Below, piece after piece: positions 1 to 8,458 of a stretch of 64,000 nucleotides of DNA. A model generated the notes under the pieces. That model saw only the letters and a program-made list of their open reading frames with translations, was not told the DNA's origin and did not search any database. The position numbers were made by a program, and so were the translations under genes. This DNA comes from Patescibacteria group bacterium. Its GTDB lineage: Bacteria > Patescibacteriota > Minisyncoccia > Minisyncoccales > GWA2-38-27. The stretch covers positions 68-64,067 of the forward strand of contig JAHCRG010000016.1 in the NCBI GenBank assembly GCA_020148045.1, written 5' to 3'. How positions within the stretch are numbered: the stretch's first letter is position 1; each line of letters begins with the position of its first letter.

Positions 1-1
1 C

Positions 2-769
2 ACTTTAGTTATTTTACATAATGTTACTCGAGAAAAATTAGTAGATAGAATGAAAAGTGAGTTTGTTACTTTAGCTGCCCATCAGTTAAGAACTCCTCTA
101 TCAGCAGTTAAATGGAGTTTAATGATGCTTTTAGATGAAGATTTAGGAAAGTTAAACAAAGAACAAAAAAGTTTTCTTCAAGACACTTATAAAACAAACG
201 AAAAGATGATTTCCTTAGTTAATAGTCTTTTAAATGTAAGTGAGATTGAAGAGGGAAAATATCTTTCTAAAATAGTTCTCTCAAGTATTGAAGATATAAT
301 TCAATCCATAGTAGATGCCCATAAGAAAGAGATGGAAAAAAGGAAACTCAGGTTTGAATTTAAAAAACCAAGAGAACAATTGCCTAAACTTATGTTAGAT
401 GTTGAAAAAATGAAAATTGCTATTAAGAATATTTTTGACAATGCTCTAAAATATACTCTTCCCGGAGGCAAGGTTTCAATTTCTCTGAAAGGGGATGAAA
501 AGGAAATAGAAGTTCAGATTCAAGACACCGGGGTAGGAATTCTTCAATATCAACAGGGGAAAGTATTTACTAAATTCTTTCGAGGTGCTAATATAATAAA
601 AATGGAGACCGAGGGGACTGGACTTGGACTTTTTATATCCAAGAATATTATTGAAGCTCACGGAGGAAGGATTTGGTTTGAATCCGAGGAAGGGAAGGGT
701 TCAACTTTCTACTTTACTATTCCGGTAAAAGAAAGATTTGGCGAGTTTCTAACCGAGGAGTTTTATTAA
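2..769 (+). CDS. Sensor histidine kinase (HisKA + HATPase_c), 5'-truncated by window edge
   Basis: H-box AHQLRTPL, N-box DNALKY, DTGVG, GTGLGL; frame is open upstream of ATG 50 (TLVILHNVTREKLVDRM). Confidence 0.92.
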   Translation, partial: TLVILHNVTREKLVDRMKSEFVTLAAHQLRTPLSAVKWSLMMLLDEDLGKLNKEQKSFLQDTYKTNEKMISLVNSLLNVSEIEEGKYLSKIVLSSIEDIIQSIVDAHKKEMEKRKLRFEFKKPREQLPKLMLDVEKMKIAIKNIFDNALKYTLPGGKVSISLKGDEKEIEVQIQDTGVGILQYQQGKVFTKFFRGANIIKMETEGTGLGLFISKNIIEAHGGRIWFESEEGKGSTFYFTIPVKERFGEFLTEEFY

Positions 770-798
770 CATTGTATTTATCTTTTAAATAGAGTAAA

Positions 799-868
799 AT
801 AAGAAATAAGAAACAAGAAACAGGAAACAAAACTCTTGTTATCTGTTACTTGCTACTTGTTACCTGAC
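799..868. repeat. Heptamer tandem array pair (AAGAAAC)n ... (TTGTTAC)n
   Basis: aagaaataagaaacaagaaacaggaaac followed by ttgttatctgttacttgctacttgttac. Confidence 0.8.
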
Positions 869-870
869 GT

Positions 871-1239
871 ATGGCAAAAAAAATTTTAATAGTTGAAGAC
901 GATAAGTTTCTTCGGGAGTTAATTGCTCAGAAACTTATAAAAGAAGGTTATGATATTGTTGAAGCAGTGGATGGAGAGAAGGGAATAAAAAGCGTTAAAG
1001 AGGAAAAGCCAGATTTAATTTTGCTAGACCTTATTTTACCGGGGATAGACGGATTTGAAGTTTTAGCTAAAATAAAAGAAGACCCAGTTCTATCTCAAAT
1101 TCCAGTGATTATTTTATCAAATCTCGGACAGAAAGATGATATAGAAAGAGGGTTAAAAATTGGAGCGGTTGATTATTTGATTAAAGCCCACTTCACCCCA
1201 GGAGAAATAATCGAAAAGGTTAAGGCCGTCCTTAAATAG
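871..1239 (+). CDS. Single-domain response regulator (receiver)
   Basis: ILIVEDD, PDLILLD phosphoacceptor, LIKA; follows kinase. Confidence 0.95.
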   Translation: MAKKILIVEDDKFLRELIAQKLIKEGYDIVEAVDGEKGIKSVKEEKPDLILLDLILPGIDGFEVLAKIKEDPVLSQIPVIILSNLGQKDDIERGLKIGAVDYLIKAHFTPGEIIEKVKAVLK

Positions 1240-1350
1240 ATATTAGATATTAGATGCTGGATATTAGATAAATTGGATTTTGGATTTTAGATAGTTTCGC
1301 CTAACACCGCCTATCGCCTCACATCTATTATCCAACACCTAATATCTGAC
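1237..1350. repeat. Heptamer array pair (TAGATAT)n ... (AATATCT-like)n
   Basis: tagatattagatattagatgctggatattagata then acatctattatccaacacctaatatctga. Confidence 0.75.
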
Positions 1351-1359
1351 ACCCAATTT

Positions 1360-2235
1360 GTGCCGGAGCTTCCTGAAGTAGAAACAACAGTAAGAGGTTT
1401 ACGAACAAAGGTCCTTTCGAGGACCTTTATTGATGTGTGGACGGATACTAAAAAAATAATCAAGAAACCAAAAGATTTTGAGGAATTTAGGAAACAACTC
1501 AAAGGTAAAAAGATTCAAAAAATTTGGCGGAGAGGAAAAAATATTATTTTTGGACTTTCCAAAGATTATTCTCTTTTAATCCATCAGAAATTAACCGGCC
1601 ATCTTTTAGTTGGATATTGGATATTAGATAATGGATATTGGAAACCAAAAGAAAAAGGTCTCTTAGAAGAGAAAATTAACACCTACATTCACTTATTGTT
1701 TACATTAGATAATAGAAAAATGTTGGCTCTTTCTGATTTAAGGAAATTTGCCAAAGTTGAGTTGTGGAGAACAGAAGATTTAAAAAATTCAAAAGAACTG
1801 AAAAGTTTGGGGCCAGAGCCCTTAGAAAAGAGTTTTACCTTTGAAAAATTTAAGGAAGTTTTAGAAAATAAAAAAGGAAAAGTAAAACAGGTTTTAATGA
1901 ATCAAGAAATTATTGCTGGAGTGGGAAACATTTATTCAGACGAAACATTATGGGCAGCGAAAGTTCATCCATTTAGAGATGTTTCAAAATTAAAAGAAGA
2001 GGAACTCAAAAGAATCTATCAAGCCCTCAAGAAAATTCTCAAAAAAGCAATTAAGCTTCGGGGGGAAAGCATTTCTGATTATCGGGACCCGGCTGGCCGA
2101 AAGGGAAAATTTGATAAAATAAGAAAAGTTTACCGAAGAGAAGGAGAAAGATGTTCCCGTTGTGGAACAATTATCCAAAGAAAAAAAATCGGCAGCCGCA
2201 GCTGTCACTTCTGCCCTAAATGCCAAAAATTATAA
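1360..2235 (+). CDS. mutM: Formamidopyrimidine-DNA glycosylase
   Basis: N-terminal PELPEVE, H2TH GVGNIYSDE, C-terminal CxxC...CxxCQ zinc finger. Confidence 0.97.
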   Translation: MPELPEVETTVRGLRTKVLSRTFIDVWTDTKKIIKKPKDFEEFRKQLKGKKIQKIWRRGKNIIFGLSKDYSLLIHQKLTGHLLVGYWILDNGYWKPKEKGLLEEKINTYIHLLFTLDNRKMLALSDLRKFAKVELWRTEDLKNSKELKSLGPEPLEKSFTFEKFKEVLENKKGKVKQVLMNQEIIAGVGNIYSDETLWAAKVHPFRDVSKLKEEELKRIYQALKKILKKAIKLRGESISDYRDPAGRKGKFDKIRKVYRREGERCSRCGTIIQRKKIGSRSCHFCPKCQKL

Positions 2236-2351
2236 ATTTATCCGGGGACGGGCCTCGGGCAACTATTGACAGTGGCTTCTTCATTTGCTATTTTGTTTTA
2301 TTAGGATAGTTCTTTGTAAAAACAATAAATTCAGTTAAGAAAGGAATAACC

Positions 2352-3041
2352 ATGAAAAAAAAGACCAAAAAAACGATAGCAGGTATTCTTGGGTTTGTGG
2401 GGGTTGTGGCTTTTGTGATTTTCATATTCTCACTTGTAATAGTAATAGCGGTTATTGAAGATAGAGATACACTAGTGGAGGAACAGGAATTCTCATTTGG
2501 CGGTGCTGCCATGTTTTCGTCGGCAATCAACAATAGGGTCGAGCCCCTTATCCAGACTATCTGGGAGATGTTTGAACAGGCCAATGAGGCGGAAAAGGGC
2601 TCATATATAGGATATGCAGAGGCGCGAAGCAGTTATGAAGATGCAAAGAAGGTGCTCGAAGAGACGGTGAAAGCTGGAGACGAGGATAGTTCTCCCTTAA
2701 ACCTGCAGAGACTGATTGTTGACAAGTTTGGCAAGGCCTTCGGGGATATAAAGGTAACTATTGAGGCTGCCCCTCAGAACGTCAGGATAACCGAGAACTT
2801 CCAGAAGGTTTGCAAAAAAGTTAATGATGCATACAGCGAATTGCATTCGGAGTGCACGAAGTGGATAACTGTCTGCCAGACTTATAATACCCACCGCCGT
2901 TCTGCTTTTACAAGCGTCTGCGTTTATCTCTTCTATCCCGACAGGAAGGATTTTCCAAAGAGGATTGAATATTACCAAGGTGGCTTAACTAATATTGAAA
3001 ACTACCGAATTGATGTAGAGAAGCTTAGGTCAGATGGTTAA
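2352..3041 (+). CDS. Divergent LemA-like membrane-anchored protein
   Basis: N-terminal TM helix; IEAAPQ..TENFQK and QTYNTHRR echo LemA motifs; SD AAGGA. Confidence 0.5.
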   Translation: MKKKTKKTIAGILGFVGVVAFVIFIFSLVIVIAVIEDRDTLVEEQEFSFGGAAMFSSAINNRVEPLIQTIWEMFEQANEAEKGSYIGYAEARSSYEDAKKVLEETVKAGDEDSSPLNLQRLIVDKFGKAFGDIKVTIEAAPQNVRITENFQKVCKKVNDAYSELHSECTKWITVCQTYNTHRRSAFTSVCVYLFYPDRKDFPKRIEYYQGGLTNIENYRIDVEKLRSDG

Positions 3042-3049
3042 AATTGTAT

Positions 3050-3082
3050 GGGTATGTGCAAAATAAAGCATATGCCCTTTTT
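3050..3082 (+). terminator. Intrinsic terminator
   Basis: gggtatgtgc/gcatatgccc stem + T tract. Confidence 0.7.
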
Positions 3083-3122
3083 ATTTGAAATTGTTTTTTA
3101 ATTTGGGTAATATAAAATTGCC

Positions 3123-4046
3123 ATGATTATTTTTCTTTATGGTGAAGATACATATAGGATGAGGGAGAAACTGAAAGAGATAATTGAAAGATATAAGAAA
3201 ATCCATAAAAGTGGGTTGAATTTGAAGTATTTTGATGATTTTACTAATTTGAAAGATGAAATCAGGCAAACCTCAATGTTTAAAGAGAAAAAATTAGCGG
3301 TTATAACTGATGTTTTTGCAAATCCTGATTTTAAAGAAAAGTTTTTAGAAAATAAAAAAGATTTTTTGAAAACAGAAGATATAATTTTGTTTTATCAGGA
3401 AGGAGAAATCAATAAAAATAACTCTTTATTTAAATTTCTTAAAAAAAATGCTAAGTCCCAAGAATTTAAATTCCTTGGAGGCCAAAATTTAAAAACTTGG
3501 ATTAAAAAAGAATTTGATAGATATGAAACAAAGATAGATTCAGAGGTTTTGGAAAAACTTATTGAATATATTGGCAATGACCTTTGGCAGATGAGCAATG
3601 AAATAAGAAAACTGGCGAGTTTTAAAAAAAATAAAGCAGTTCAAGCAGAGGATATTGAGCTTTTAGTAAGGTCAAAAATTGAAACTGATATTTTTAAAAC
3701 CATTGACGCTATAGCTGAAAAAAACAAAAAACAGGCCTTGAAACTGCTTCATAAACATTTAGAAAAAGGCGATTCTCCTTTATATTTACTGGCAATGATA
3801 AATTATCAATTCCGAAATCTTTTAATAGTTAAAGACCTTATCGAAAAGCACAAACCATACAATATCATTTTGAGAAAGAGCGGTCTTCATCCTTTCGTGG
3901 TTAAAAAAAGTTATTATCAATCACAGAAATTTAGTTTCCAAGAACTAAAAAAAATCTACCAGAAAATTTTTAAGGTAGACCTCGATATTAAAACTGGACG
4001 AATACAACCTGAAATAGCACTTGATTTGCTAATTACGGAAATTTAA
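3123..4046 (+). CDS. holA: DNA polymerase III delta subunit
   Basis: MIIFLYGED start, NEIRKL, DLDIKTG C-terminus; convergent with rpsT. Confidence 0.93.
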   Translation: MIIFLYGEDTYRMREKLKEIIERYKKIHKSGLNLKYFDDFTNLKDEIRQTSMFKEKKLAVITDVFANPDFKEKFLENKKDFLKTEDIILFYQEGEINKNNSLFKFLKKNAKSQEFKFLGGQNLKTWIKKEFDRYETKIDSEVLEKLIEYIGNDLWQMSNEIRKLASFKKNKAVQAEDIELLVRSKIETDIFKTIDAIAEKNKKQALKLLHKHLEKGDSPLYLLAMINYQFRNLLIVKDLIEKHKPYNIILRKSGLHPFVVKKSYYQSQKFSFQELKKIYQKIFKVDLDIKTGRIQPEIALDLLITEI

Positions 4047-4051
4047 CAGGG

Positions 4052-4315
4052 TTAAACTTTTTTGTTAACTAATTTTGTTATTCTTGATTTCTTTCTATCT
4101 GCAGTATTTTTCTTGATTACATTAACTTTAGCTGCTTTATCTAATATTTTATACACCTGAGGCAAAAGTTTCTTTGCTTGTTCAATTTTTTTTTCTAAAA
4201 CTAAAGTCCTAACCTTTTTTATCAGGTCTTTCATTTTCTTTTTATAAACAAGATTTCTGGCTCTTCGTTTTACATTTTGACGAAGAGCTTTTTTAGCAGA
4301 TTTTGTTATCGGCAT
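4052..4315 (-). CDS. rpsT: 30S ribosomal protein S20
   Basis: MPITKSAKKALRQ...DKAAK..IKKNTADRKKSR. Confidence 0.97.
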   Translation of the reverse strand: MPITKSAKKALRQNVKRRARNLVYKKKMKDLIKKVRTLVLEKKIEQAKKLLPQVYKILDKAAKVNVIKKNTADRKKSRITKLVNKKV

Positions 4316-4418
4316 TGCAATTGTATATTAGCAGAAACAATAATTTTTTCAAGTTTTATTAATTGTATTTTTATAATAAATAAGTTAATATCATAGAATT
4401 AGCACTTTAACATAAAAA

Positions 4419-5918
4419 ATGAACCAAAGAATGGGAGATAATATAATGGCTGAAAAAAAACAAGATAATCAGTTTTTGCTTAGAGTGATCGTCCCAGCTT
4501 ATCCAGAGGTTAATATCTATAGCCGTATTGCGAAAAAAACAACAGCTTTAGGACCTATTATGATTGCGACATCGGCAAACGAACTATCAGGATGTAGAGT
4601 AAAAGTAACTGACGAAAACAATTTTAAAGGACCTAGGGGTAAAGACGGACTGCCTGATCATAGAGCGTTGCAAAAAGAAGATAAAGCTTCGGTAGTTGCA
4701 GTATATTGCGGACTTAGTAGCACGATAGAAAGAGCTTGGGAGACAGCTTCGTTCTATCATCGGCAAGGAGTATTTGTTATTGCTGGTGGGCTTCATGCTC
4801 ATAATTGCCCCGAGGAAACTTTAAATCATGATTTTGATATAGTTGTTCATGGTGACGGAGACGTGGTTATTCAGCAAATTCTTCTTGCTTTTGAAGAAAA
4901 AAACTTTGAAAATATTCCAGGAGTCTCTTATCTTGAAGAAGGTCAATTTAAAAGAAATGGTCCGAAAAGGAATGAAATTTTAAATTTGGACTCTCTACCT
5001 TTTCCAAATTTTGGTCTTTTGGAATACAATAATAAAATAAAGACCTATCCAATAAGTCGTATTAGAGGGTGTAATGAAGGTTGTGAATATTGCGGCGTGA
5101 GGGGAAAAGTTCGTTTTGCTAGCCCAAAACATTTATTTGATACAGTTGGTTGGTTGGTGAAAACGAGAAAAGCAAAATCTTTTTTTATTGTTGATGATAA
5201 TTCTAATGCAGACCACGAAGGAACCAAAGAATTCTTTGAGATGATTTTAACAAAGTATAAGCGACTTAAATTTGCGGTTCAAGAAAGACTGGATGATGCT
5301 GAAGATATCGGATTTTTAAAGCTTATGAAAAAAGCAGGAGTTAGAATAGTTTGCATAGGAGCTGAATCGCCTATTGACGAAGAACTAGAAGCTATGAAAA
5401 AAGGATACGATTCTTCTCAAATGCTTAAATGGCTGAAGATTTGGCGATCTCTCTTTTGGACACATGTAATGTTTATCTTTGGTTATCCTTTAAAAGAAAA
5501 AGTAACACTTATTAATGCCAGAGAAAGATTCATACTTTGGAAAAGATTTATTCGTAAGGCTTCTCCAGATAGTGTTCAAATACTACTTCCCATTCCTTTA
5601 GTAGGAACGCGTCTTAGAAAGAGAATAATGAACAGAATCTTTCCTAAAATTCAGTGGAAAAAATATGATGGAAACTTTCCTTGTTTTGAACCCAAAAACA
5701 TGACTTTAAAGGAACTTCAAGAAATGCATATCAAGCTTATGAGTAGATTTTATAACCCATGGAGTATTTTTCGGATTCCTTTGAAAATTATTACTCTTCC
5801 TCTCCATTCTTTATTTTTAGGATGGGAAGACTGGCATCGTGGATGGGATGGAATCATCACAAAATATGGAGGATATTTGACTATTAAGAAATGGAAGAAA
5901 CACAACTTGAAGAAATAA
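4419..5918 (+). CDS. B12-binding-domain radical SAM protein
   Basis: RGCNEGCEYC (CxxxCxxC), AGGLHA, GDGD, IVDDN; true start may be the downstream ATG (MAEKK). Confidence 0.88.
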   Translation: MNQRMGDNIMAEKKQDNQFLLRVIVPAYPEVNIYSRIAKKTTALGPIMIATSANELSGCRVKVTDENNFKGPRGKDGLPDHRALQKEDKASVVAVYCGLSSTIERAWETASFYHRQGVFVIAGGLHAHNCPEETLNHDFDIVVHGDGDVVIQQILLAFEEKNFENIPGVSYLEEGQFKRNGPKRNEILNLDSLPFPNFGLLEYNNKIKTYPISRIRGCNEGCEYCGVRGKVRFASPKHLFDTVGWLVKTRKAKSFFIVDDNSNADHEGTKEFFEMILTKYKRLKFAVQERLDDAEDIGFLKLMKKAGVRIVCIGAESPIDEELEAMKKGYDSSQMLKWLKIWRSLFWTHVMFIFGYPLKEKVTLINARERFILWKRFIRKASPDSVQILLPIPLVGTRLRKRIMNRIFPKIQWKKYDGNFPCFEPKNMTLKELQEMHIKLMSRFYNPWSIFRIPLKIITLPLHSLFLGWEDWHRGWDGIITKYGGYLTIKKWKKHNLKK

Positions 5919-5928
5919 AACAATACAG

Positions 5929-5961
5929 TAAGTGCTGAAACTAAGTTTCAGCACTTTTTTT
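5929..5961 (+). terminator. Intrinsic terminator
   Basis: agtgctgaaac/gtttcagcact stem + T tract. Confidence 0.85.
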
Positions 5962-6004
5962 ATTGATTTTTAGCATAAAATTCAATATACTGAAAGTACT
6001 AAAT

Positions 6005-6577
6005 ATGATAGCTTATTTAGACGGCAAAATTATTATAAAAAAAGAAAAGTTTATTGTGTTAAATGTTAATGGAGTTGGTTATAAGGTTTTTTTATCTAAG
6101 AAGTCTTTAGCCAAACTGCCGGAGATAGAAAAACCGTTAAAGCTATTTTGTTTTTTAAACGTTAAAGAAAATATAATGGATCTTTATGGGTTTCTAAATT
6201 ATAAAGAACTTGAATTCTTTGAGATTTTAGAGAGCATCCGTGGCGTTGGTCCAAAAGCAGCTCTTGAAATTTCTTCTTTAGGGTCTTTAGAAAATATTAA
6301 AGAAAGAATTTTATCTAAAGATGAAGGGTTGTTTGATGGAATCCCGGGAATTGGCAGGAAAAAAGCAATGGCGATTATTTTAGAACTTACAGGAAAGATT
6401 AGAGATATTTCTAAGAAGTCCGCCTTCACTAAAGTTTCGGCGGACGAGGCAGAACAAGACCTTGTTGGTCTTGGTTTTTCTCGCGAAAAAGCGAGGGCTG
6501 CTTTAGCAAGGGTTCCAAAAGACATAAAAGACGCTGAACAAAAAATAAAACAAGCTTTAAAAATCTTAGGGAAATAA
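6005..6577 (+). CDS. ruvA: Holliday junction branch migration protein RuvA
   Basis: MIAYLDG, NGVGY, LYGF, two HhH motifs GVGPKAA/GIGRKKA; ATG 6005 preferred. Confidence 0.96.
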   Translation: MIAYLDGKIIIKKEKFIVLNVNGVGYKVFLSKKSLAKLPEIEKPLKLFCFLNVKENIMDLYGFLNYKELEFFEILESIRGVGPKAALEISSLGSLENIKERILSKDEGLFDGIPGIGRKKAMAIILELTGKIRDISKKSAFTKVSADEAEQDLVGLGFSREKARAALARVPKDIKDAEQKIKQALKILGK

Positions 6578-6599
6578 ATAAACAGAGTTTATTTAAAAG

Positions 6600-6627
6600 T
6601 TGACAAGAGTTTTTGATTTGTTAGTCT
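6600..6627 (+). promoter_or_regulatory. Sigma70 promoter of attenuated transcript
   Basis: TTGACA (6600) + TGnTAGTCT (-10 at 6622), 16-nt spacer. Confidence 0.7.
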
Positions 6628-6637
6628 AAAAGTATAA

Positions 6638-6706
6638 ATGATGTATTCGGCGACTAAAAACATTATCAACCTTATTATTTTGGGACCTCTTATTGGAAAG
6701 GGGTAA
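6638..6706 (+). CDS. Ile/Leu-rich leader peptide MMYSATKNIINLIILGPLIGKG
   Basis: 22 codons with 5 Ile + 3 Leu clustered; overlaps attenuator segments 1 and 2. Confidence 0.75.
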   Translation: MMYSATKNIINLIILGPLIGKG

Positions 6707-6766
6707 GTTGAATTTTGATAATTTTAACTAACTGGCCTCTTTCCTCAAAAAGAGGTCTTTATTTTT
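6684..6766 (+). promoter_or_regulatory. Transcription attenuator (1:2, 2:3 antiterminator, 3:4 terminator)
   Basis: ggaaaggggtaagtt (6695-6709) pairs with aactggcctctttcc (6730-6744); ggcctcttt/aaagaggtc + tttattttt terminator. Confidence 0.78.
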
Positions 6767-6797
6767 GGTCTTTTACAATTTAGAAAGGAGAAAGAAA

Positions 6798-7208
6798 ATG
6801 TTTGAAGTAATGAGCTTTGAAGTAAGAGTAAAGGGGAATCTAAATAGTTGTTTGGAAACAGAAGCTAAAATTAGAGTTAAAACAGAGCATGGGACAAAAT
6901 ATGAAATAGCCGAGGGTAATGGGCCGGTTAATGCTTTAGATGAGGCTTTACGTAAAGCTCTTTTGCCGTCCTGCCCATTTTTAGCAGAAGTCCAGCTTAT
7001 TGATTATAAAGTATTCATAATCAACGGAGAAAGGGGGACCGCTGCTTTGGTGAAAGTGGAGATTGTTTCTTCAGATGGTGATGGTAGATGGACTAGCCGG
7101 AGTGAATCAACCAATATCATTCAAGCCAGCTTACAAGCATTGGTAGATAGTTTTGAGCAGGCAATTTTAAGAAGTTCTGCTAAAGAAATAGCAGAACAAA
7201 CCGGCTAA
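6798..7208 (+). CDS. Stand-alone LeuA/CimA allosteric (dimerisation) domain protein
   Basis: AEGNGPVNALDEALRKAL, LIDYKV, GTAA, NIIQASLQALVDS match the citramalate synthase C-terminal domain; SD AAAGGAG before ATG 6798. Confidence 0.88.
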   Translation: MFEVMSFEVRVKGNLNSCLETEAKIRVKTEHGTKYEIAEGNGPVNALDEALRKALLPSCPFLAEVQLIDYKVFIINGERGTAALVKVEIVSSDGDGRWTSRSESTNIIQASLQALVDSFEQAILRSSAKEIAEQTG

Positions 7209-7233
7209 GTAAATTAGTCGGTTTTTCTTTTTT
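7198..7233 (+). terminator. Intrinsic terminator
   Basis: accggctaa/ttagtcggt stem + T tract. Confidence 0.8.
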
Positions 7234-7272
7234 TAATTTAAAAGTTTATGCTAATATGTTAGATTAAAAGAA

Positions 7273-8451
7273 ATGGTCAAAGAATTAATTAAAAAATTTA
7301 TTCCTGGTTTTTTGTTGGGGTTTTACCACTATTCATTAGCACTAATAGGAGCTTTTTTGTATGGGTTTCCTTCTCAGAAATTGACAGTTATTGGAGTAAC
7401 TGGGACTAGTGGGAAGTCAACAGTAGTAGAATTAGCTGCTGATATTTTTCAAGAGGCAGGATTTAAGGTTGCTTCTTTGTCTTCAATTAGATTTAAAATC
7501 AGGGATAAAGAATGGGAAAACAGATTAAAAATGACTATGCCTGGCCGTCTAAAGCTTCAGAAATTCTTGAAACAGGCAGTAAAAGCTGGTTGTAAATATG
7601 TAGTTTTGGAAGTGACTTCTGAGGGGATAGAACAATATCGTCACAAATTTATTAACTTTGGTATCGCTGCTTTAACTAATTTGAGCCCAGAACATATTGA
7701 ATCTCACGGTGGCTTTGAAAAATACCGGGCAGCAAAAGCAAAACTTTTTCAACAAACAAAAAAGACTCATATTATAAATATGGATGATGGGAATGCTAAA
7801 TATTTTTTAAAGTTCCCTGCTGAGAAAAAGATAAAATATGGAATAAATGATGCAGAAATTTCCCCCAAAAATTTAAAACTTTTAGGCAATTTTAATTTAT
7901 ACAATGCTATAACAGCGAGCAAAATCGCAATGTCTCAGGGAATTTCTTTGGAAATTTGCAAAAGAGCTTTGGAAAAAATAAAAGGAATTCCTGGGAGAAT
8001 GGAGATTGTAATTAAGGAGCCATTTACAGTAATTATTGATTATGCTCATACACCTCAAAGTCTCAAAGAAGTTTATGAAACAATAAAAAATAATAAACGC
8101 ATGGTCTGCGTGCTTGGCGCGTGCGGCGGAGGCAGAGATAAATGGAAAAGACCTGTTTTGGGGAAAATAGCTGCTGAACACTGCCAGGAAGCGATTATAA
8201 CCAATGAAGATCCTTATGATGAAGAGCCAATGGAAATAATTGAACAAGTGGCGGAGGGAGCTCAAGGAAAAGCTAGAAAGATATTGGATAGAAAGGAGGC
8301 AATTAAGAAGGCATTAGAATTAGCTAATCCAGGAGATATAGTAATAATTACTGGCAAAGGTTCAGAACCCTGGATGTGTGTTGCTAAAGGCAAAAAAATC
8401 CCTTGGGACGATAGGCAAATGGTTAAGGATTTGATTTTTTCAAAAAAATAA
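7273..8451 (+). CDS. murE: Mur ligase, MurE-like (UDP-MurNAc-tripeptide synthetase)
   Basis: GVTGTSGKST, EVTS, PGRME, DYAHTP, GGGRD, GKGSE. Confidence 0.85.
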   Translation: MVKELIKKFIPGFLLGFYHYSLALIGAFLYGFPSQKLTVIGVTGTSGKSTVVELAADIFQEAGFKVASLSSIRFKIRDKEWENRLKMTMPGRLKLQKFLKQAVKAGCKYVVLEVTSEGIEQYRHKFINFGIAALTNLSPEHIESHGGFEKYRAAKAKLFQQTKKTHIINMDDGNAKYFLKFPAEKKIKYGINDAEISPKNLKLLGNFNLYNAITASKIAMSQGISLEICKRALEKIKGIPGRMEIVIKEPFTVIIDYAHTPQSLKEVYETIKNNKRMVCVLGACGGGRDKWKRPVLGKIAAEHCQEAIITNEDPYDEEPMEIIEQVAEGAQGKARKILDRKEAIKKALELANPGDIVIITGKGSEPWMCVAKGKKIPWDDRQMVKDLIFSKK

Positions 8452-8458
8452 ATAAAAT

